From positions 5,848-51,241 of the forward strand of contig CAZQUQ010000002.1 in NCBI GenBank assembly GCA_964596445.1: a stretch of DNA of 45,394 bases. The letters run 5' to 3'. Shown piece by piece: positions 21,283-29,517 of this stretch (positions are counted from its first letter, which is position 1; each line of letters begins with the position of its first letter). The stretch comes from an uncultured Oscillospiraceae bacterium. GTDB taxonomy: Bacteria > Bacillota > Clostridia > Acetivibrionales > DTU013. The position numbers and the translations under genes are program-made. Under the pieces are notes generated by a model that made no database searches, was not told the origin of the DNA, and worked only from the letters and a program-made list of their open reading frames with translations.

Positions 21283-21891
21283 TTATAAGAGGCCGGATAT
21301 ACAGGCTTTTGCTTTTTTATCAAGCAGGCCTCCCGTCAGTGCATCCATAATATAGGCTTCGATTTCATCATTCGCGATGTGCTTCCTGATATCGGCCAGT
21401 ATTTCGAGGATGTCGACAAGGATCAGCTTTCGCATTGTCTCCCTGATGCCGGCAAGATCTATCTTCATCAACGCCGAAGCTATCCTCGAAGCCAAATGGG
21501 GCTTGTATGGCAGGATACTTTTCAGCGCTTGTATGCTTTGACGCATAGTGATCGGCTTTTCGTCATGGAACAAGGCAAAATAATCGTCAAGCATGTCATC
21601 AAGCCTGCCGGACTTGTCCCACCTGGCGTTTTCCGCAATCAGCATCATGCCTATGCTCCTCTGATATGAATTATCACTTTTCAGCTTTTCGCTAAAAACA
21701 TCCCAGTAAGCGCAGACATCGCTGCTGATGGCTGAACGGCTCAGCAGCAGCAACAGCGCCGGGTATCTGATTTTATCATCCTTTTCAGCCAACAGCTTCA
21801 CCAGAAACTCTATGTCCTGAGTCTCAAGAATTTCTGCCGTTTCACAGGCATTATCCTTATTCACGCCAAGCAATGTATCGATACTGATCAT
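21283..21891 (-). CDS. Hypothetical all-alpha (HEAT/ARM-like repeat) protein, function unknown
   Basis: A 202-aa ORF co-oriented with its neighbours. It has a helical repeat-like composition (LVKLLAEKDDKIRYPALLLLL..., MRQSIQALKSILPYKP...). I recognise no catalytic motif. Confidence 0.55.
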   Translation of the reverse strand: MISIDTLLGVNKDNACETAEILETQDIEFLVKLLAEKDDKIRYPALLLLLSRSAISSDVCAYWDVFSEKLKSDNSYQRSIGMMLIAENARWDKSGRLDDMLDDYFALFHDEKPITMRQSIQALKSILPYKPHLASRIASALMKIDLAGIRETMRKLILVDILEILADIRKHIANDEIEAYIMDALTGGLLDKKAKACISGLL

Positions 21892-22033
21892 TTGACCTCA
21901 CCTCGTGTATATTAATGGTAATATTGATAATATATCATTTATCCTGACATCTGTGTGTCATAATTTTATCTGGCGAAACTTTATTACCTCAAAAACCGGA
22001 TGGCACAAACTAATAAGTTAGAAGCTATTGATA

Positions 22034-22333
22034 TCAGTCGCCTTTGGTAAAGAAGTGCTTGATACGCTCTATGTCCCGGTTCAGGTACTCGGTGTTTATG
22101 CTGAATGTGCGGTTCATCAGCGTGATTTCGATGCTTGAACTGCGGCATTCGAAAGATAATAAAGCAGATCCTTCATATCCGGCAACAAGTCCATTTACGG
22201 CTCGGTCGACGACAATGATACCGCCGGTAAGCAAAATGATGGTCAGAGTAACAGCAGCAAAACACTTCCTGCGTCTGATCCGCTTTTGCCTGTATATATC
22301 CAGCCGCTTCAAAGCCGTATTATCTGTATCCAT
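22034..22333 (-). CDS. Small single-pass membrane protein, possibly YqxA-like by position
   Basis: 99 aa with a basic N-terminus (YRQKRIRRRK), one TM helix (FAAVTLTIILLTGGIIVV) and a ~55-aa tail. It lies immediately downstream of spoIIP, where B. subtilis carries yqxA. The assignment rests on synteny only. Confidence 0.5.
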   Translation of the reverse strand: MDTDNTALKRLDIYRQKRIRRRKCFAAVTLTIILLTGGIIVVDRAVNGLVAGYEGSALLSFECRSSSIEITLMNRTFSINTEYLNRDIERIKHFFTKGD

Positions 22334-22398
22334 GAGTTATTGCTCCCTGATGGCAGACTTCTGTGTTATTATTGACATTATGCAAAATGATATTCAAT

Positions 22399-22503
22399 GG
22401 GGACGGTTTTCACTTTTTCTACAATTCTGCGTAAGTGAAAGCGGCAGAACCGTCCCCAAAATGGGAGAACCGTCCCCAAGTGGCAAATGGCAGAAGCGTC
22501 CCC
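22399..22503. repeat. Cluster of four copies of the dispersed GAGAACCGTCCCC motif (one inverted, three direct)
   Basis: ggggacggttttcac (22399-22413, inverted), cagaaccgtcccc (22445-22457), gagaaccgtcccc (22465-22477) and cagaagcgtcccc (22491-22503). The last copy ends 3 nt from the spoIIP stop codon at 22507-22509. Confidence 0.85.
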
Positions 22504-22506
22504 AAC

Positions 22507-24036
22507 TCAAGAGTTCTCCTCGAGCACGTCGTGCAGTACCTCTGCGAGGTATTTTGCGGTTTCGAGGCATTCGCTGAGAAGGTTGCCGTCGCCTCCCACT
22601 TCTATGAGTATGGATTGGCTGGAGATATGCTGGTTATATCGCTTGGGCTTGATCAATATGGGTTTTGCAAGCCCGGGATACTTCTCATTGAGCTTTTGCT
22701 GCAGCTTGAGTACGAACTTGAGGTTTTCCTGCCACTTCGGGTGCGGCAGCGTGCCGTCCGTACCGACTACGAACATTATCTGGGCGCAGCTCTTGCCGTT
22801 GATTTCCGTGGTCATGCGGAGCTTGGGCTTATCCTCCGCTACAGCGTCCCTGTGCACATCGATATATACCTGGATCGACGGATAACTCTTCTTATAGCTC
22901 TGCAGCGTATCGATCGATACGCCGTAAGCAGCATCCCGCACCTTGTCATGTACGGTGCCGTTGTGAAGCGTTGCGATTCCATATTTTTTAAGATGTCGGG
23001 TCAGTTCCTCTCCAACACGGACGACATTATACTTGGGATTGCTGTTAAAACTTGCGGTGTCTTTCTTCCCAAGGTCCGCCTCCTTCAGGACATAGCTTTC
23101 GCTCGTGTGTGTATGGTAAACAAGGACCTTCGGGCCTTTTTTCGACATATCGATCTTCAGCGGTTCCTTCAGCAGCTTTGCAACATCTATCTTGAACTTC
23201 GAATTGTTCCTGATGGCGATCTTTTCGAGCTCAACAGTTTCCGCCTTGTCGTCCTCATCTTCATCCTCAACTTCCCAGCTTATACTGCTTATACTCTGCA
23301 GAGCAGAACCCTGGCCAACAATACCCATTCCCGGCCATCCGTAGCCGCAGCCTGCTCCGTCATCGGTGCTGATACTGCTTTCAGGGCTGCCCTCCCCGGT
23401 TTCTTTCCCTGTCATGCCGTCTGAACTGTCCTTGTTGCCCGAACCGCCGGCACCACCCGGCAAATCGCTGTTCTTTCCTCCATCAGAGTTGTTTGGTCCC
23501 GTGCCTAAGCCTGAACCGTTGTCCTGGCCTGGATCCTGGCCGGTGCCCGGTCCATTTCCGTTATGGCCGCTGTCATCAGCCGTCTGCCCATTTTGCCCGG
23601 ACGGCGTCCGTCCGCTCCCATCGGTTGCCGGAGGAATCTCATCTGAAGGCGACTGCCCGTCCGATCCAGATTTATTGATGTTCAGTAATCTATAGTATTT
23701 GGTGAATATCGGCGACTGTGCATTAAATATCGTAGCAGGCGATTCCAGATCAAAACCGAAAAGCCCGACAAGCAGTCCCTTTATCTCACTGGAGAAGGAA
23801 ACGCTTGATTTTCCGCTGTTATAGACCGTCTCCATGATCGGGAGAGAAAAGTTCATTACTTTTTTGAAATTTTGTGTATCGATCTTATTGATCACATTAA
23901 GATCGAAACGATAAAGAAGATTACCGAGCTGGATCCCTATCAGGATAGCAATAGCGGACAGGATCAGAAAGAAGAAAGAATTTGCAGCTGTTTTCAATGG
24001 TTTATCAAATATCTTCTGCTTATTGTTGATATTCAT
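22507..24036 (-). CDS. spoIIP: Stage II sporulation protein P (SpoIIP-type cell-wall hydrolase) with a long low-complexity linker
   Basis: It has an N-terminal TM helix and a C-terminal domain with VLVYHTHTSESY, ...VYIDVHRD and ...ILIEVGG. GGAGG precedes the ATG. Confidence 0.88.
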   Translation of the reverse strand: MNINNKQKIFDKPLKTAANSFFFLILSAIAILIGIQLGNLLYRFDLNVINKIDTQNFKKVMNFSLPIMETVYNSGKSSVSFSSEIKGLLVGLFGFDLESPATIFNAQSPIFTKYYRLLNINKSGSDGQSPSDEIPPATDGSGRTPSGQNGQTADDSGHNGNGPGTGQDPGQDNGSGLGTGPNNSDGGKNSDLPGGAGGSGNKDSSDGMTGKETGEGSPESSISTDDGAGCGYGWPGMGIVGQGSALQSISSISWEVEDEDEDDKAETVELEKIAIRNNSKFKIDVAKLLKEPLKIDMSKKGPKVLVYHTHTSESYVLKEADLGKKDTASFNSNPKYNVVRVGEELTRHLKKYGIATLHNGTVHDKVRDAAYGVSIDTLQSYKKSYPSIQVYIDVHRDAVAEDKPKLRMTTEINGKSCAQIMFVVGTDGTLPHPKWQENLKFVLKLQQKLNEKYPGLAKPILIKPKRYNQHISSQSILIEVGGDGNLLSECLETAKYLAEVLHDVLEENS

Positions 24037-24160
24037 TTTTCCTCCGGTCGGCTGCGGCTGCAGCTATTCGTTTGTACAAATATATATAATCATATTCATA
24101 CGTACAGCCGCTTTATGACAAGTCAACAAAGAAGACGCTGCTGCAATTTGATATTTAATA

Positions 24161-24190
24161 TTGCAAATGATAATAAACAACAGATATAAT
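24161..24190 (+). promoter_or_regulatory. Putative sigma-A promoter for the small plus-strand ORF
   Basis: TTGCAA (24161-24166), an 18-nt spacer, then TATAAT (24185-24190). Confidence 0.45.
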
Positions 24191-24229
24191 TGTTATGTTC
24201 AAAATAAACAGAAAGGTGAAAGGGCAAAG

Positions 24230-24361
24230 ATGACATTTCAGATTTATTACCTGATTGCTATCGTTGTCATATTGGGAGCAATCGCTCTTGCTATGCATTT
24301 TTCGATCAAAAGTTATGATAAGAAAATGGCGGAAACAAGAAAGAAAAAACGCCGCAGATAA
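24230..24361 (+). CDS. Putative 43-aa single-pass membrane peptide with a poly-basic tail
   Basis: MTFQIYYLIAIVVILGAIALAMHFSIKSYDKKMAETRKKKRRR. The ATG follows gaaaGGTGAaaGGGcaaag, with a consensus-like promoter about 40 nt upstream. The ORF track starts earlier, at 24161. It is short, so its coding status is unproven. Confidence 0.4.
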   Translation: MTFQIYYLIAIVVILGAIALAMHFSIKSYDKKMAETRKKKRRR

Positions 24362-24372
24362 GACCCAAACTC

Positions 24373-27300
24373 TCATTCGCTGGCTGTAAAAGCCACATCT
24401 GCAGGACCGGACGGTGCAGCGGCAATATTTTTCGCCGGTGCATTTTCCATATTTTTGAATGCAGCAGCCAGCATCAGCTTTATCCTGTTCAATTGGTTAA
24501 CCTCGCTTGCGCCGGGATCATAATCCACAGCAACGATATTCGCACTGGGGAAGCGCCGTTTCAGCGCTTTGATCATGCCCTTTCCCGTCACATGATTGGG
24601 CAGGCAGGCAAAAGGCTGCATACAAACGATATTGCCTGCGCCCTCTTCGATCAATTCTATCATTTCGGCGGTCAGGAACCATCCCTCACCGGTGCAGTTG
24701 CCCAATGACAACACCTTCGCCGCCTTGCGGGCAAGTTCATATATGCTCGACGGAGGATCGAATCTGTCGCTTTCCGCCAGCACTTTTTTCATATAGCTTC
24801 TGTAACGCTCGATAGCCCAAATGGCAAGACGGCCGGCAACAACGCCCGGAAGTGAGGCAGACATTTTCTTCCTTTTATAGATAGGCGCATATGCACAATA
24901 CAGGAAGAAGTCGGTCAAGTCCGGCATAACTGCCTCGGCTCCTTCCCTTTCGACCACATCGACTACGTTGTTGTTCGCAGTTGGATGAAACTTGACAAGT
25001 ATCTCGCCGACCAGGCCGACGCGCGGCTTATGCACATCATTGAGCTCAAGATGGTCAAAGTCTTCCACTATCTGCTTTATATTACGCCTGAATACGCTGT
25101 GCTTACCGCTCCTGACAGATTCCATGCACCGGTCGACCCAGCTTTCATAAAGCAGATCAGCCGAGCCTTTGATCTTCTCATACGGCCTGACCCTATACAG
25201 CACCCGCATCAGCAGGTCTCCGTATACCAGAGCCATCAGCGACTTGTTAAGCAGAGAAGGCGTCACCTTAAAGCCCGGGTTCTTTTCAAGCCCCAGTGCA
25301 TTCAGAGAGATTACCGGCACATGCTCAAATCCCGCATCCTTCAGCGCTTTCCTGATAAAGCCGATATAGTTGGTAGCTCTGCATCCGCCGCCTGTCTGTG
25401 AAATTATCACCGACACGTTATTCAGATCATATCTGCCTGATTTTAGTGCTTCCACCAGCTGTCCCGTTGTAAGGATCGACGGATAGCAGGCATCGTTGTT
25501 AACATGCTTCAGGCCTTCGTCAACAGCGCCTCTGTCGACGGAAGGCAGCACCTCAAGGTTGTACCCCGCCTCCCTGAAAGCGGTCTCAAGGAACTGGAAA
25601 TGTATCGGAGACATCTGTGGCGCCAGTATCGTATGCCTGCTTCGCATTTCTTCCGTAAAAGGCACCCTGTTAAAGCTGTAAATGCTGCCCGTTCGCTTAT
25701 ATCCGCTTCTGTCCCGCTCCTCCATGGCGGCCTTCAGCGAACGCAGCCTTATCCTTGCGGCGCCGAGGTTGCTGATCTCGTCTATCTTGAGCACGGTATA
25801 TATCTTGCCCGCAGCATGCAGGATCTCCTGGACCTGGTCTGTTGTAACGGCATCGAGTCCGCAGCCGAAGGAGTTCAGCTGGACAAGCTCAAGATCGTCC
25901 CTCATCCCGACAAATGTAGCCGCAGCATAAAGCCTGGTATGGTACATCCACTGGTCCACGACCCTCAAGGGTCTTGCCGCACATGACAGATGCGATATGG
26001 AATCCTCCGTCAGCACCGCCATGCCGAACTCAGTGATCAGGTTGGGAATGCCGTGGTTGATCTCCGGATCGATATGATAGGGCCGTCCCGCCAGTACGAT
26101 TCCCTTGCCTCCGGTGGCCTCAAGCTGTGCCAGTGCTTCTTCTCCTTTTTTCCTGACAGCGGCCTTGAAGCGCTCATCTTCCTCCCACGCCTTGTCCACA
26201 GCAGCCTTTACCTCGCGCTTTTTCACGCCGAATCCCTTCAGTTCATCATAAAGCCTCTGCACCAGGCGCTTTTTATCATAATAAGGCAAAAACGGGTTCA
26301 TATAGTTGATGCCCTTTTCCTCGAGCACTTCCATATTGGCCTTGATGACCTCGGAATAGGAAGTCACGATCGGGCAGTTATAGCAGTTGTCCGCATTTTT
26401 GTCCTCTTTTTTCTCATACGGGATACAGGGATAAAAAATGTTTACAACACCGCTGTCCACAAGGCTCATTATATGACCGTGCACCAATTTGCCGGGATAA
26501 CAGACGGATTCGGACGGCATCGTCTCGATGCCTGCCTCATATATTTTCCTGCTGGAACGCGGCGACAGTACGACTCTGAATTTGAGTTCAGTGAAAAATG
26601 TATGCCAGAACGGATAATTCTCATACATGTTCAAAACTCTTGGAATACCGATAACTCCCCGCACTGCAGATTTCTCGTCCAAAGGTTTGTACTGCGTCAG
26701 CAGCTTGTATTTGAAGTCAAAGAGGTTTGGGACATCGCTGTGACGGATCTCTCCTCCTGCTCCTCTTTCGCATCTGTTTCCGGAAACGAAGACCCTTCCG
26801 TCGATGAAATTGTTTATCGTAAGCAGACAGCTATTGCTGCACTTGCTGCAGCGCTTCATCGTGATCTCGGTCCTGAAGCTCTCCAGATCCCCGGCAGCCA
26901 TTATACTGCTCCTTTGGCCTTCACAGCTTCTTTCGCAGGCGATCAGCGCAGCTCCGTAGGCTCCCATGATGCCTGCTATGTCCGGCCTGATGGCCTCTCT
27001 TCCCGAAATCAGCTCAAAGCTCCTGAGAACAGCGGTATTATAAAAAGTACCGCCCTGTACGATTATCTTCTTGCCTATTTCCCTCGGGTCTCTGATCTTG
27101 ATGACCTTCATCAATGCATTCTTAATAACTGAATAGGAAAGGCCCGCCGAAATATCGCCCACTGAGGCTCCTTCCTTCTGAGCCTGCTTCACTCTGGAAT
27201 TGATGAAAACAGTGCATCTGGAACCGAGATCTACCGGGTTTTTCGCCAGCAGCGCTTCATTGGAAAAGTCTTCGACGCTCATATTGAGAGAGTTGGCAAA

Positions 27301-28665
27301 GGTTTCGATGAATGAGCCGCAGCCTGACGAACATGCTTCGTTGAGCATGATATTGTCGATGACTCCGTTCCTGACCTGCATGCACTTCATATCCTGCCCG
27401 CCGATATCGAGTATGAACTCGACTCCCGGAAGGAAATGCTCAGCCGCCTTGTAATGCGCGATGGTCTCTATCTCCCCTGTATCCACATGGAGAGCAGCCT
27501 TGATCAGGCCTTCACCATAGCCTGTTACTGTCGAGTTGGCTATATATGCATCCTGCGGCATTTTAGCGTACAGCTTCCTGAGTTCCTGAATGACCGATCC
27601 AAGCGGGCTGCCCCTGTTGCTTCCGTAATGGCAGTACATCAGCGCGCCTTCCGGATCGATCAGCGCCAGCTTCGTAGTAGTCGACCCTGCGTCAATACCT
27701 AGATAACATGCTCCGCGATGTGACGCAAGATCCTTCCTTTTGACTGAATGTCCCGAATGTCTTCGGCTGAACTCTCCAAGCTCGATCTCATCCCTGAAAA
27801 GCGGCCTGAGCCTCTCGACCTCCTGAACGACAACGGTATTGATCACAGGCAGTCTGTTTTTGAGCGCTCTGAAGCTTGACGGCTTTTTCTGCTTTGATGC
27901 CAGTGCCGCGCCAATTGCGACGAACAGCTGTGAGTTCTCCGGAAACACTATCTGCTCATCGCTCAGGCCCAGTGTTTCTATGAATCTTTTACGAAGTTCG
28001 GACAGAAAGTATAAAGGACCGCCAAGAAATGCCACATTGCCTTTTATGGGTCTTCCGCATGCAAGACCGCTGATCGTCTGATTAACTACCGACTGGAACA
28101 CTGACGCCGCTATATCTTCCTTTGCAGCGCCTTCATTCAGGAGGGGCTGTATGTCGGTTTTCGCAAAAACGCCGCACCTGGCGGCGATGGGATAAATGAC
28201 CCTGTACCCTTCTGCCAGCTTGTTGAGGCCTGCCGCATCAGTCTGCAGCAGCGACGCCATCTGATCGATGAATGCGCCGGTACCGCCGGCACAGGTGCCG
28301 TTCATACGCTGTTCGATGCCGCCCTTGAAAAATGTGATCTTCGCATCCTCGCCGCCAAGCTCGATGGCAACATCGGTCTGCGGGATGATCTTTTCGATGG
28401 CGCCGGCAGCAGCTACGACTTCCTGCTCGAACGGCAGATCCAGCCACTGTGCCACTGAGATCCCGCCGGAGCCTGTCAGCGTTACAGTCAGGTCATCATC
28501 TTCAAAAAGAGAGCAGGTCTCATCCACCAGCTCAAAGATCGTCTTCCTTATATCCGAATAATGTCTCTGATATTTACTGTACAGTACCTTATCATTATCA
28601 TCAAGCACAGCCAGCTTGACAGTTGTTGAGCCTACATCCAGGCCCAGATGTAAAAGCCTTTTCAT
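24373..28665 (-). CDS. Fusion protein: two BcrAD/BadFG-type activase ATPase domains plus a benzoyl-CoA reductase/2-hydroxyacyl-CoA dehydratase-like (DUF2229 + HGD-D type) module
   Basis: It carries two acetate/sugar-kinase-fold ATPase domains, each with DxGST ([11 protein letters not shown] and [11 protein letters not shown]) and cluster-ligand-type cysteines ([16 protein letters not shown] and [16 protein letters not shown]). A Cys motif follows (CSKCSNSC...GNRCERG), then a ~800-aa C-terminal region of the dehydratase-component type. The preferred start is the ATG at 28665 after GGGAG; the ORF track extends to 28677. Confidence 0.85.
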   Translation of the reverse strand: MKRLLHLGLDVGSTTVKLAVLDDNDKVLYSKYQRHYSDIRKTIFELVDETCSLFEDDDLTVTLTGSGGISVAQWLDLPFEQEVVAAAGAIEKIIPQTDVAIELGGEDAKITFFKGGIEQRMNGTCAGGTGAFIDQMASLLQTDAAGLNKLAEGYRVIYPIAARCGVFAKTDIQPLLNEGAAKEDIAASVFQSVVNQTISGLACGRPIKGNVAFLGGPLYFLSELRKRFIETLGLSDEQIVFPENSQLFVAIGAALASKQKKPSSFRALKNRLPVINTVVVQEVERLRPLFRDEIELGEFSRRHSGHSVKRKDLASHRGACYLGIDAGSTTTKLALIDPEGALMYCHYGSNRGSPLGSVIQELRKLYAKMPQDAYIANSTVTGYGEGLIKAALHVDTGEIETIAHYKAAEHFLPGVEFILDIGGQDMKCMQVRNGVIDNIMLNEACSSGCGSFIETFANSLNMSVEDFSNEALLAKNPVDLGSRCTVFINSRVKQAQKEGASVGDISAGLSYSVIKNALMKVIKIRDPREIGKKIIVQGGTFYNTAVLRSFELISGREAIRPDIAGIMGAYGAALIACERSCEGQRSSIMAAGDLESFRTEITMKRCSKCSNSCLLTINNFIDGRVFVSGNRCERGAGGEIRHSDVPNLFDFKYKLLTQYKPLDEKSAVRGVIGIPRVLNMYENYPFWHTFFTELKFRVVLSPRSSRKIYEAGIETMPSESVCYPGKLVHGHIMSLVDSGVVNIFYPCIPYEKKEDKNADNCYNCPIVTSYSEVIKANMEVLEEKGINYMNPFLPYYDKKRLVQRLYDELKGFGVKKREVKAAVDKAWEEDERFKAAVRKKGEEALAQLEATGGKGIVLAGRPYHIDPEINHGIPNLITEFGMAVLTEDSISHLSCAARPLRVVDQWMYHTRLYAAATFVGMRDDLELVQLNSFGCGLDAVTTDQVQEILHAAGKIYTVLKIDEISNLGAARIRLRSLKAAMEERDRSGYKRTGSIYSFNRVPFTEEMRSRHTILAPQMSPIHFQFLETAFREAGYNLEVLPSVDRGAVDEGLKHVNNDACYPSILTTGQLVEALKSGRYDLNNVSVIISQTGGGCRATNYIGFIRKALKDAGFEHVPVISLNALGLEKNPGFKVTPSLLNKSLMALVYGDLLMRVLYRVRPYEKIKGSADLLYESWVDRCMESVRSGKHSVFRRNIKQIVEDFDHLELNDVHKPRVGLVGEILVKFHPTANNNVVDVVEREGAEAVMPDLTDFFLYCAYAPIYKRKKMSASLPGVVAGRLAIWAIERYRSYMKKVLAESDRFDPPSSIYELARKAAKVLSLGNCTGEGWFLTAEMIELIEEGAGNIVCMQPFACLPNHVTGKGMIKALKRRFPSANIVAVDYDPGASEVNQLNRIKLMLAAAFKNMENAPAKNIAAAPSGPADVAFTASE

Positions 28666-28747
28666 TTGATCTCCCAAAATACATCAGTTGCATACACGCA
28701 GCTGTCATATGTCTTTACAGTACTTTCGATATGCCGCCCTGCCCGGT

Positions 28748-29344
28748 TCAGTCGATAGTCCCGAACTTATTGAACGGATAAAACCTGAAAATAGCACGCC
28801 CCTTGATCCAGTCCATTTCTATCGGACCGAATTCAGTACTGTCCAGACTGTATTGCCTGTTATCGCCAAGGATATAAACCATCCCCTCCGGAACTGTCAG
28901 GTTGGTATACTCAGGAAGAGCTCCGTCGGGCGTATCAGGTTCATCAGGAAGCCCGGTCAGAAAAAGCTCGCCATTTACATAAACTTTTCCTTCTCTTACT
29001 TCCACCGTGTCGCCTTCGAGTGCGACGAGCCTCTTTATCAGCAGTCTGTCCTCATACGGGGACTTAAATACTATGATATCGCCCTGTTTGAGCCATCCGA
29101 AGCGGAAGCCCAGTTTTTCGACCAGCACATTGTTGCCTTCCGACAACGTAGGCTCCATTGAAATATCATGCACTATCGTATTCTGCGCAACGAATGTGAC
29201 GATCAAAAGGCCGACGATCACCGCAGCCGCAATATGAAAGAACCAGTCAAGCGCTTCGTTCCACATCTTCTTTGTGGTCTTCAGGGTCTCCCCGGCCTTC
29301 GCGGGCTCTTCGTCAATACTCATTTTTTCCTTAAACTCATCCAT
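28748..29344 (-). CDS. lepB: Signal peptidase I (S26 family)
   Basis: One TM helix, the catalytic Ser box (DISMEPTL), the Lys box (IKRLVALEGD) and GDNRQYSLDS. The start is uncertain between 29344 and the ATG seven codons downstream. Confidence 0.88.
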   Translation of the reverse strand: MDEFKEKMSIDEEPAKAGETLKTTKKMWNEALDWFFHIAAAVIVGLLIVTFVAQNTIVHDISMEPTLSEGNNVLVEKLGFRFGWLKQGDIIVFKSPYEDRLLIKRLVALEGDTVEVREGKVYVNGELFLTGLPDEPDTPDGALPEYTNLTVPEGMVYILGDNRQYSLDSTEFGPIEMDWIKGRAIFRFYPFNKFGTID

Positions 29345-29406
29345 TCAAAACCCACATTCTTTCTTGCTGCACGCTTTTTGCAGCACCAGGCAGTTCATAT
29401 CCGCCT

Positions 29407-29515
29407 GATCAGTCTTTTGCCTTCAGCGGATCACATCGACACGATCAGTCTTTTGCTTCAAGTATATCACATTTTTACAATCAGTTTACTGAATTCAAGT
29501 ATATCACATTTAAAC
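29407..29515. repeat. About three imperfect tandem copies of a 36-37-bp unit in the aspS-lepB intergenic region
   Basis: gatcagtcttttgc occurs at 29407 and 29443, with a degenerate atcagtttact at 29480. tcaagtatatcacattt occurs at 29458 and 29495. The period is 36-37 bp. Confidence 0.7.
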
Positions 29516-29517
29516 GC

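Noticed and set aside
22399-22503. Possible CRISPR array suggested by closely spaced direct repeats.
   Set aside because: The repeat core is only 13 nt, with just 3 direct copies at irregular 20-26-nt spacing. The same motif is scattered singly elsewhere, and there are no cas genes. It is not a CRISPR array.
24037-24160. A sporulation sigma-factor (sigma-E/sigma-F type) promoter upstream of spoIIP.
   Set aside because: A GTCATA...ATGAATA arrangement is present on the minus strand, but its spacing and -10 sequence do not match the consensus I remember well enough to call it.
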